From Eledone cirrhosa (taxonomy: Eukaryota): a stretch of DNA of 64,000 nucleotides. The position numbers and the translations under genes are program-made. The notes under the pieces are model-generated. The model was not told where the DNA came from, did not search any database, and saw only the letters and a program-made list of their open reading frames with translations. Shown piece after piece: positions 43,401 through 53,800 of this stretch (position 1 is the stretch's first letter; each line of letters begins with the position of its first letter). The DNA lies in assembly GCA_964016885.1 (NCBI GenBank), contig CAXHJY010001538.1:1-64000 (forward strand). The letters are read 5' to 3'.

Positions 43401-46400
43401 AATTTTCGGAATTTTATGTATTTTTAGGAATTTTAGGAATTTTAGAATTTTAGGAATTTTAGGAATTTTATGAATTTTAGTAATTTTAGGAATTTTAAGA
43501 ATTTTCGGAATTTTATGTATTTTTAGGAATTTTAGGAATTTTAGGAATTTTAGGAATTTTAGGAATTTTTGGAATTTTAGGAATTTTAGGAATTTTATGA
43601 ATGTTATGAATTTTAGGAATTTTGGGAATTTTATGAATTTTAGAAATGTTATGAATTTTAGGAATTTTAGGAATTTTAGGAATTTTAGGAATTTTAGGAA
43701 TTTTAGAAATTTTTGGAATATTAGGATTTATGAATTTTAAGAATTTTAGGAATTTTGAGGAATTTTTTTGAATTTTCGGAATTTTATGTATTTTTAGGAA
43801 TTTTAGGAATTTTAGGAATTTTAGGAATTTTAGGAATTTTTGGAATTTTATGAATTTTATGAATTTTAAGAATTTTAGGAATTTCGAGGAATTTTTTTGA
43901 ATTTTCGGAATTTTATGTATTTTTAGGAATTTTAGGAATTTTAGGAATTTTAGGAATTTTTGGAATTTTTGGAATTTTAGGAATTTTATGAATTTTAAGA
44001 ATTTTAGGAATTTCGAGGAATTTTTTTGAATTTTCGGAATTTTATGTATTTTTAGGAATTTTATGAATTTTATGAATTTTATGAATTTTAGGAATTTTAT
44101 GAATTTTAGTAATTTTAGGAATTTTAAGAATTTTAGGAATTTTAGGAATTTTAGGATTTTTATTAATTTTTGGAATTTTGGAATTTTAGGAATTTTAGGA
44201 TTTTTATGAATTTTTGGAATTTTAGGAATTTTAGGAATTTTAGGAATCTTAGGAATTTTAGGAATTTTAGGAATTTTAGTAATTTTAGGAATTTTGAGGA
44301 ATTTTTTTGAATTTTCGGAATTTTATGTATTTTTAGGAATTTTAGGAATTTTAGGAATTTTAGGAATTTTAGAAATTTTTGGAATATTAGGATTTATGAA
44401 TTTTAAGAATTTTAGGAATTTTTTGGAATTTTCGGAATTTTCGGAATTTTTAGAAATTTTAGGTATTTTAGGAATTTTATGTATGTTATGAATTTTAGGA
44501 ATTTTGGGAATTTTAGGAATTTTAAGAATTTTAGGAATTTTAGGAATTTTAGGATTTTTATGAATTTTTGGAATTTTAGGAATTTTAGGAATTTTGCGAA
44601 TTTTAGGAATTTTAGGAATTTTAGGAATTTTAGGAATTTTAGGAATTTTAGGAATTTTAGGAATTTTAGGAATTTTAGGAATTTTTGGAATTTTAGGAAT
44701 TTTAGGAATTTTAGGAATTTTAGGAATTTTAGGAATTTTATGAATTTTAGTAATTTTAGGAATTTTAGGAATTTTAGGAATTTTAGAAATTTTTGGAATA
44801 TTAGGATTTATGAATTTTAAGAATTTTAGGAATTTTGAGGAATTTTATTGAATTTTCGGAATTTTATGTATTTTTAGGAATTTTAGGAATTTTAGGAATT
44901 TTAGGAATTTTAGAAATTTTAGGAATTTTAGGAATTTTATGAATTTTAGTAATTTTAGGAATATTAGGATTTATGAATTTTAAGAATTTTAGGAATTTTG
45001 AGGAATTTTTTTGAATTTTCGGAATTTTATGTATTTTTAGGAATTTTAGGAATTTTAGGAATTTTATGAATTTTAGGAATTTTTGGAATTTTAGGAATTT
45101 TATGAATTTTAAGAATTTTAGGAATTTCGAGGAATTTTTTTGAATTTTCGGAATTTTATGTATTTTTAGGAATTTTAGGAATTTTAGGAATTTTAGGAAT
45201 TTTAGGAATTTTTGGAATTTTAGGAATTTTATGAATTTTAAGAATTTTAGGAATTTCGAGGAATTTTTTTGAATTTTCGGAATTTTATGTATTTTTAGGA
45301 ATTTTAGGAATTTTATGAATTTTATGAATTTTAGGAATTTTATGAATTTTAGTAATTTTAGGAATTTTAAGAATTTTAGGAACTTTAGGAATTTTAGGAT
45401 TTTTATGAATTTTTGGAATTTTAGGAATTTTAGGAATTTTAGGAATTTTATGAATTTTAGTAATTTTAGGAATTTGAGGAATTTTAGAAATTTTTGGAAT
45501 ATTAGGATTTATGAATTTTAAGAATTTTAGGAATTTTGAGGAATTTTTTTTAATTTTCGGAATTTTATGTATTTTTAGGAATTTTAGGAATTTTAGAATT
45601 TTAGGAATTTTAGGAATTTTATGAATTTTAGTAATTTTAGGAATTTTAAGAATTTTAGGAATTTTAGGAATTTTATGAATTTTATGAATTTTAGTAATTT
45701 TAGGAATTTTAAGAATTTTAGGAATTTTATGAATTTTTGGAATTTTAGGAATTTTAGGAATTTTAGGAATTTTAGGAATTTTAGAAATTTTATGAATTTT
45801 AGTAATTTTAGGAATTTTAGGAATTTTAGGAATTTTAGAAATTTTTGGAATATTAGGATTTATGAATTTTAAGAATTTTAGGAATTTTGAGGAATTTTTT
45901 TGAATTTTCGGAATTTTATGTATTTTTAGGATTTTTAGGAATTTTATTAATTTTAGGAATTTTAGGAATTTTTGGAATTTTAGGAATTTTAGGAATTTTA
46001 GGAATTTTAGGATTTTTATGAATTTTTGGAATTTTAGGAATTTTAGGAATTTTAGGAATTTTATGAATTTTAGTAATTTTATGAATTTTTGGAATTTTAG
46101 GAATTTTAGAAATTTTTGGAATATTAGGATTTATTAATTTTAAGAATTTTAGGAATTTTAGGATTTTTATGAATTTTTAGAATTTTAGGAATTTCTATGA
46201 ATTTTAGGAATTTTAGGAATTTTAGGAATTTTAGGAATTTTAGGAATTTTAGGAATTTTAGGAATTTGAGAAATTTTTGGAATATTAGGATTTATGAATT
46301 TTAAGAATTTTAGGAATTTTGAGGAATTTTTTTGAATTTTCGGAATTTTATGTATTTTTAGGAATTTTAGGAATTTTAGGAATTTTAGGAATTTTAGGAA

Positions 46401-47200
46401 TTTTTGGAATTTTAGGAATTTTATGAATTTTAAGAATTTTAGGAATTTCGAGGAATTTTTTTGAATTTTCGGAATTTTATGTATTTTTGGAATTTTAGGA
46501 ATTTTAGGAATTTTAGGAATTTTTGGAATTTTTGGAATTTTAGGAATTTTATGAATTTTAAGAATTTTAGGAATTTCGAGGAATTTTTTTGAATTTTCGG
46601 AATTTTATGTATTTTTAGGAATTTTATGAATTTTATGAATTTTATGAATTTTAGGAATTTTATGAATTTTAGTAATTTTAGGAATTTTAAGAATTTTAGG
46701 AATTTTAGTAATTTTAGGATTTTTATGAATTTTTGGAATTTTAACAATTTTAGGAATTTTAGGAATTTTAGGAATTTTATGAATTTTAGTAATTTTAGGA
46801 ATTTTAGGAATTTTAGGAATTTTAGAAATTTTTGGAATATTAGGATTTATGAATTTTAAGAATTTTAGGCATTTTGAGGAATTTTTTTGAATTTTCGGAA
46901 TTTTATGTATTTTTAGGAATTTTAGGAATTTTAGGAATTTTAGGAATTTTAGAAATTTTAGGAATTTTAGGAATTTTATGAATTTTAGTAATTTTAGAAA
47001 TTTTAGGAATTTTAGGAATTTTAGAAATTTTTGGAATATTAGGATTTATGAATTTTAAGAATTTTAGGAATTTTGAGGAATTTTTTTGAATTTTCGGAAT
47101 TTTATGTATTTTTCGGAATTTTAGGAATTTTAGGAATTTTAGGAATTTTAGGAATTTTTGGAATTTTAGGAATTTTATGAATTTTAAGAATTTTAGGAAT
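38700..47200. repeat. Tandem duplication with a ~4.23-4.28 kb period inside the 9-bp satellite (boundaries approximate)
   Basis: Offsets 38884/43164 (4,280), 40023/44294 (4,271), and 41089/45315, 41395/45621, 42213/46439 (4,226). The offsets differ by multiples of 9. The private variant AGGCATTTTG occurs at ~42641 and ~46867. Confidence 0.85.
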
Positions 47201-50200
47201 TTCGAGGAATTTTTTTGAATTTTCGGAATTTTATGTATTTTTAGGAATTTTAGGAATTTTATGAATTTTATGAATTTTATGAATTTTATGAATTTTAGTA
47301 ATTTTAGGAATTTCGAGGAATTTTTTTGAATTTTCGGAATTTTATGTATTTTTAGGAATTTTAGGAATTTTATGAATTTTATGAATTTTAGGAATTTTAT
47401 GAATTTTAGTAATTTTAGGAATTTTAAGAATTTTAGGAACTTTAGGAATGTTAGGATTTTTATGAATTTTTGGAATTTTAGGAATTTTAGGAATTTTAGG
47501 AATTTTAGGAATTTTAGGAATTTTATGAATTTTAGTAATTTTAGGAATTTGAGGAATTTTAGAAATTTTTGGAATATTAGGATTTATGAATTTTAAGAAT
47601 TTTAGGAATTTTGAGGAATTTTTTTTAATTTTCGGAATTTTATGTATTTTTAGGAATTTTAGGAATTTTAGAATTTTAGGAATTTTAGGAATTTTATGAA
47701 TTTTAGTAATTTTAGGAATTTTAAGAATTTTAGGAATTTTATGAATTTTAGGAATTTTATGAATTTTAGTAATTTTAGGAATTTTAAGAATTTTAGGAAT
47801 TTTATGAATTTTAGGATTTTTATGAATTTTTGGAATTTTAGGAATTTTAGGAATTTTAGGAATTTTAGGAATTTTAGAAATTTTATGAATTTTAGTAATT
47901 TTAGGAATTTTAGGAATTTTAGGAATTTTAGAAATTTTTGGAATATTAGGATTTATGAATTTTAAGAATTTTAGGAATTTTGAGGAATTTTTTTGAATTT
48001 TCGGAATTTTATGTATTTTTAGGAATTTTAGGAATTTTAGGAATTTTAGGAATTTTAGGAATTTTTGGAATTTTAGGAATTTTAGGAATTTTAGGAATTT
48101 TAGGATATTTATGAATTTTTGGAATTTTAGGAATTTTAGGAATTTTAGGAATTTTAGGAATTTTAGGAATTTTAGGAATTTTAGTAATTTTAGGAATTTT
48201 AGGAATTTTAGGAATTTTAGAAATTTTTGGAATATTAGGATTTATTAATTTTAAGAATTTTAGGAATTTTAGGATTTTTATGAATTTTTAGAATTTTATG
48301 AATTTTATGAATTTTATGAATTTTATGAATTTTATGAATTTTAGGAATTTTAGGAATTTTAGGAATTTTAGGAATTTTAGAAATTTTTGGAATATTAGGA
48401 TTTATGAATTTTAAGAATTTTAGGAATTTTTTGGAATTTTCGGACTTTTAGGAACTTTTAGAAATTTTAGGTATTTTAGGAATTTTATGAATTTTATGAA
48501 TTTTAGGAATATTGAGGAATTTTTTTGAATTTTCGGAATTTTAGGAATTTTTAGGAATTTTAGGAATTTTAGGAATTTTAGGAATTTTAGGAATTTTTGG
48601 AATTTTAGGAATTTTATGAATTTTAAGAATTTTAGGAATTTCGAGGAATTTTTTTGAATTTTCGGAATTTTATGTATTTTTAGGAATTTTAGGAATTTTA
48701 TGAATTTTATGAATTTTAGGAATTTTATGAATTTTAGTAATTTTAGGAATTTTAAGAATTTTAGGAACTTTAGGAATTTTAGGATTTTTATGAATTTTTG
48801 GAATTTTAGGAATTTTAGGAATTTTAGGAATTTTATGAATTTTAGTAATTTTAGGAATTTGAGGAATTTTAGAAATTTTTGGAATATTAGGATTTATGAA
48901 TTTTAAGAATTTTAGGAATTTTGAGGAATTTATTTTAATTTTCGGAATTTTATGTATTTTTAGGAATTTTAGGAATTTTAGAATTTTAGGAATTTTAGGA
49001 ATTTTATGAATTTTAGTAATTTTAGGAATTTTAAGAATTTTCGGAATTTTATGTATTTTTAGGAATTTTAGGAATTTTAGGAATTTTAGGAATTTTAGGA
49101 ATTTTTGGAATTTTAGGAATTTTATGAATTTTAAGAATTTTAGGAATTTCGAGGAATTTTTTTGAATTTTCGGAATTTTATGTATTTTTAGGAATTTTAG
49201 GAATTTTATGAATTTTATGAATTTTAGGAATTTTATGAATTTTAGTAATTTTAGGAATTTCGAGGAATTTTTTTGAATTTTCGGAATTTTATGTATTTTT
49301 AGGAATTTTATGAATTTTATGAATTTTATGAATTTTAGGAATTTTATGAATTTTAGTAATTTTAGGAATTTTAAGAATTTTAGGAACTTTAGGAATTTTA
49401 GGATTTTTATGAATTTTTGGAATTTTAGGAATTTTAGGAATTTTAGGAATTTTAGGAATTTTAGGAATTTTATGAATTTTAGTAATTTTAGGAATTTGAG
49501 GAATTTTAGAAATTTTTGGAATATTAGGATTTATGAATTTTAAGAATTTTAGGAATTTTGAGGAATTTTTTTTAATTTTCGGAATTTTATGTATTTTTAG
49601 GAATTTTAGGAATTTTAGAATTTTAGGAATTTTAGGAATTTTATGAATTTTAGTAATTTTAGGAATTTTAAGAATTTTAGGAATTTTATGAATTTTAGGA
49701 ATTTTATGAATTTTAGTAATTTTAGGAATTTTAAGAATTTTAGGAATTTTAGGAATTTTAGGATTTTTATGAATTTTTGGAATTTTAGGAATTTTAGGAA
49801 TTTTAGGAATTTTAGGAATTTTAGAAATTTTATGAATTTTAGTAATTTTAGGAATTTTAGGAATTTTATGAATTTTAGAAATTTTTGGAATATTAGGATT
49901 TATGAATTTTAAGAATTTTAGGAATTTTGAGGAATTTTTGTGAATTTTCGGAATTTTATGTATTTTTAGGATTTTTAGGAATTTTAGGATTTTTATGAAT
50001 TTTTGGAATTTTTGGAATTTTAGGAATTTTAGGAATTTTAGGAATTTTAGGAATTTTAGGAATTTTAGTAATTTTAGGAATTTGAGGAATTTGAGGAATT
50101 TTAGGAATTTTAGGAATTTTATGAATTTTAGTAATTTTAGGAATTTTTGGAATTTTAGGAATTTTAGAAATTTTTGGAATATTAGGATTTATTAATTTTA

Positions 50201-50380
50201 AGAATTTTAGGAATTTTAGGATTTTTATGAATTTTTAGAATTTTAGGAATTTTATGAATTTTATGAATTTTATGAATTTTATGAATTTTATGAATTTTAT
50301 GAATTTTAGGAATTTTAGGAATTTTAGAAATTTTTGGAATATTAGGATTTATGAATTTTAAGAATTTTAGGAATTTTTTG

Positions 50381-50410
50381 GAATTTTCGCCGGCGGACTT
50401 TGTTTAGGTT
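50381..50410. other. Direct junction between the 9-bp and 227-bp satellites, overlapping at TTCG
   Basis: ...GAATTTTTTGGAATT-TTCG-CCGGCGGACTTTGTTTAGGTTTAACAC... TTCG (50386-50389) belongs to both arrays and there is no intervening unique sequence. Confidence 0.95.
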
Positions 50411-50563
50411 TAACACGGTTTGGTTCCACAGCCACAACTATTGATTTTACGGAGATATCTTGCTGAAATTCACGCCACACATAGCCAATGAGTGTCTGCA
50501 CATGTACCAGTAATTACAGATCGATCCGACCACGGGCGGCCGGCCCGCGATTGAAAAGGTAAA

Positions 50564-50624
50564 TCCGCCGGCTAATCGTCATTTTTGGATTCGTTTTCTT
50601 CGAAGCACACCATTCGCCGGCGGA
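50564..50624. other. 9-bp perfect inverted repeat (TCCGCCGGC / GCCGGCGGA) recurring once per 227 bp; first instance shown
   Basis: TCCGCCGGC at 50564-50572 and its reverse complement GCCGGCGGA at 50616-50624, 43 nt apart, with imperfect extension on both sides (AAT/ATT inside, AA/TT outside). No variant site was seen in the arms. Confidence 0.85.
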
Positions 50625-50839
50625 CTTTCTTGACGTTTAACACGGTTTGGTTCCACAGCCACAACTATTGATTTTACGGAGATATCTTGCTGAAATTCAC
50701 GCCACACATAGCCAATGAGTGTCTGCACATGTACCAGTAATTACAGATCGATCCGACCACGGGCGGCCGGCCCGCGATTGAAAAGGTAAATCCGCCGGCT
50801 AATCGTCATTTTTGGATTCGTTTTCTTCGAAGCACACCA

Positions 50840-53800
50840 TTCGCCGGCGGACTTTGTTGACGTTTAACACGGTTTGGTTCCACAGCCACAACTATTGATT
50901 TTACGGAGATATCTGGCTGAAATTCACGCCACACATAGCCAATGAGTGTCTGCACCTGTACCAGTAATTACAGATCGATCCGACCACGGGCGGCCGACCC
51001 GCGATTAAAAAGGTAAATCCGCCGGCTAATCGTCATTTTTGGATTCGTTTTCTTCGAAGCACACCATTCGCCGGCGGACTTTGTTGACGTTTAACACGGT
51101 TTGGTTCCACAGCCACAACTATTGATTTTACGGAGATATCTTGCTGAAATTCACGCCACACATAGCCAATGAGTGTCTGCACATGTACCAGTAATTACAG
51201 ATCGATCCGACCACGGACGGCCGGCCCGCGATTGAAAAGGTAAATCCGCCGGCTAATCGTCATTTTTGGATTCGTTTTCTTCGAAGCACACCATTCGCCG
51301 GCGGACTTTGTTGACGGTTAACACGGTTTGGTTCCACAGCCACAACTATTGATTTTACGGAGATATCTTGCTGAAATTCACGCCACACATAGCCAATGAG
51401 TGTCTGCACATGTACCAGTAATTACAGATCGATCCGACCACGGGCGGCCGGCCCGCGATTGAAAAGGTAAATCCGCCGGCTAATCGTCATTTTTGGATTC
51501 GTTTTCTTCGAAGCACACCATTCGCCGGCGGACTTTGTTGACGTTTAACACGGTTTGGTTCCACAGCCACAACTATTGATTTTACGGAGATATCTTGCTG
51601 AAATTCACGCCACACATAGCCAATGAGTGTCTGCACATGTACCAGTAATTACAGATCGATCCGACCACGGACGGCCGGCCCGCGATTGAAAAGGTAAATC
51701 CGCCGGCTAATCGTCATTTTTGGATTCGTTTTCTTCGAAGCACACCATTCGCCGGCGGACTTTCTTGACGTTTAACACGGTTTGGTTCCACAGCCACAAC
51801 TATTGATTTTACGGAGATATCTGGCTGAAATTCACGCCACACATAGCCAATGAGTGTCTGCACCTGTACCAGTAATTACAGATCGATCCGACCACGGGCG
51901 GCCGGCCCGCGATTGAAAAGGTAAATCCGCCGGCTAATCGTCATTTTTGGATTCGTTTTCTTCGAAGCACACCATTCGCCGGCGGACTTTGTTGACGTTT
52001 AACACGGTTTGGTTCCACAGCCACAACTATTGATTTTACGGAGATATCTTGCTGAAATTCACGCCACACATAGCCAATGAGTGTCTGCACATGTACCAGT
52101 AATTACAGATCGATCCGACCACGGGCGGCCGGCCCGCGATTGAAAAGGTAAATCCGCCGGCTAATCGTCATTTTTGGATTCGTTTTCTTCGAAGCACACC
52201 ATTCGCCGGCGGACTTTCTTGACGTTTAACACGGTTTGGTTCCACAGCCACAACTATTGATTTTACGGAGATATCTTGCTGAAATTCACGCCACACATAG
52301 CCAATGAGTGTCTGCACATGTACCAGTAATTACAGATCGATCCGACCACGGGCGGCCGGCCCGCGATTGAAAAGGTAAATCCGCCGGCTAATCGTCATTT
52401 TTGGATTCGTTTTCTTCGAAGCACACCATTCGCCGGCGGACTTTGTTGACGTTTAACACGGTTTGGTTCCACAGCCACAACTATTGATTTTACGGAGATA
52501 TCTTGCTGAAATTCACGCCACACATAGCCAATGAGTGTCTGCACATGTACCAGTAATTACAGATCGATCCGACCACGGACGGCCGGCCCGCGATTGAAAA
52601 GGTAAATCCGCCGGCTAATCGTCATTTTTGGATTCGTTTTCTTCGAAGCACACCATTCGCCGGCGGACTTTGTTGACGTTTAACACGGTTTGGTTCCACA
52701 GCCACAACTATTGATTTTACGGAGATATCTTGCTGAAATTCACGCCACACATAGCCAATGAGTGTCTGCACCTGTACCAGTAATTACAGATCGATCCGAC
52801 CACGGGCGGCCGGCCCGCGATTGAAAAGGTAAATCCGCCGGCTAATCGTCATTTTTGGATTCGTTTTCTTCGAAGCACACCATTCGCCGGCGGACTTTGT
52901 TGACGTTTAACACGGTTTGGTTCCACAGCCACAACTATTGATTTTACGGAGATATCTTGCTGAAATTCACGCCACACATAGCCAATGAGTGTCTGCACAT
53001 GTACCAGTAATTACAGATCGATCCGACCACGGGCGGCCGGCCCGCGATTGAAAAGGTAAATCCGCCGGCTAATCGTCATTTTTGGATTCGTTTTCTTCGA
53101 AGCACACCATTCGCCGGCGGACTTTCTTGACGTTTAACACGGTTTGGTTCCACAGCCACAACTATTGATTTTACGGAGATATCTTGCTGAAATTCACGCC
53201 ACACATAGCCAATGAGTGTCTGCACATGTACCAGTAATTACAGATCGATCCGACCACGGGCGGCCGGCCCGCGATTGAAAAGGTAAATCCGCCGGCTAAT
53301 CGTCATTTTTGGATTCGTTTTCTTCGAAGCACACCATTCGCCGGCGGACTTTGTTGACGTTTAACACGGTTTGGTTCCACAGCCACAACTATTGATTTTA
53401 CGGAGATATCTTGCTGAAATTCACGCCACACATAGCCAATGAGTGTCTGCACATGTACCAGTAATTACAGATCGATCCGACCACGGACGGCCGGCCCGCG
53501 ATTGAAAAGGTAAATCCGCCGGCTAATCGTCATTTTTGGATTCGTTTTCTTCGAAGCACACCATTCGCCGGCGGACTTTCTTGACGTTTAACACGGTTTG
53601 GTTCCACAGCCACAACTATTGATTTTACGGAGATATCTGGCTGAAATTCACGCCACACATAGCCAATGAGTGTCTGCACCTGTACCAGTAATTACAGATC
53701 GATCCGACCACGGGCGGCCGGCCCGCGATTGAAAAGGTAAATCCGCCGGCTAATCGTCATTTTTGGATTCGTTTTCTTCGAAGCACACCATTCGCCGGCG

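Larger units (their letters stand above)
1..50389. repeat. 9-bp satellite array, consensus (GAATTTTAG)n; extends beyond the left edge of the window
   Basis: Continuous head-to-tail GAATTTTAG units with recurrent variants (GAATTTTAT, GAATTTTAA, GAATTTTTG, GAATTTTCG, TAATTTTAG, AAATTTTTG, GAATATTAG) and occasional 7-, 8- and 10-bp units. One orientation throughout and almost no C on the + strand. All ORFs translate to (NFR/NFM)n, (GIL)n or (KFL/KIP)n. Confidence 0.99.

Noticed and set aside
1427-50195. All ORFs in the six-frame track (NFR/NFM, GIL and KFL/KIP repeats)
   Set aside because: A 9-bp unit is three codons with stop-free frames, and the ATG linker variant supplies starts. The ORFs begin and end at phase-shifting units and show no domain, codon or gene structure. 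They were used only as landmarks.
1-50389. Functional terminal telomere tract, or a human HSat2/3 (GGAAT)n satellite
   Set aside because: Orientation and internal position do not fit a terminal tract, and the variant pattern is duplicated at kb scale. The period is 9 rather than 5, so the shared GGAAT is not evidence of homology.
1-50389. Canonical G-quadruplex-forming array
   Set aside because: G-runs are almost all only GG separated by 7 nt of A/T, so stable three-tier G4 structures are not expected.
50538-50580. HDV-like ribozyme: GGCCGGC-N22-GCCGGCT resembles the genomic HDV P1 helix in sequence and spacing
   Set aside because: There is no P3/L3 with the UCC-type motif, no GG after P1 for P1.1, and no recognisable J4/2. 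The match follows from GCCGGC being palindromic. An Infernal or RNArobo search would settle it.
50589-50605. CENP-B box-like ATTCGTTTTCTTCGAAG
   Set aside because: It matches only 6 of the 9 essential positions of NTTCGNNNNANNCGGGN.
50482-50606. tRNA, 5S or SINE-type Pol III A box (TAGCCAATGAG) and B box (CTTCGAAGC)
   Set aside because: Both boxes are mismatched and ~115 bp apart, with no cloverleaf and no recognisable 5S, snRNA or spliced-leader sequence.
50386-50612. Hammerhead ribozyme as in newt, cricket and schistosome satellites
   Set aside because: No CTGANGA core on either strand; the nearest are CTGAAAT on + and ATGACGA on -.
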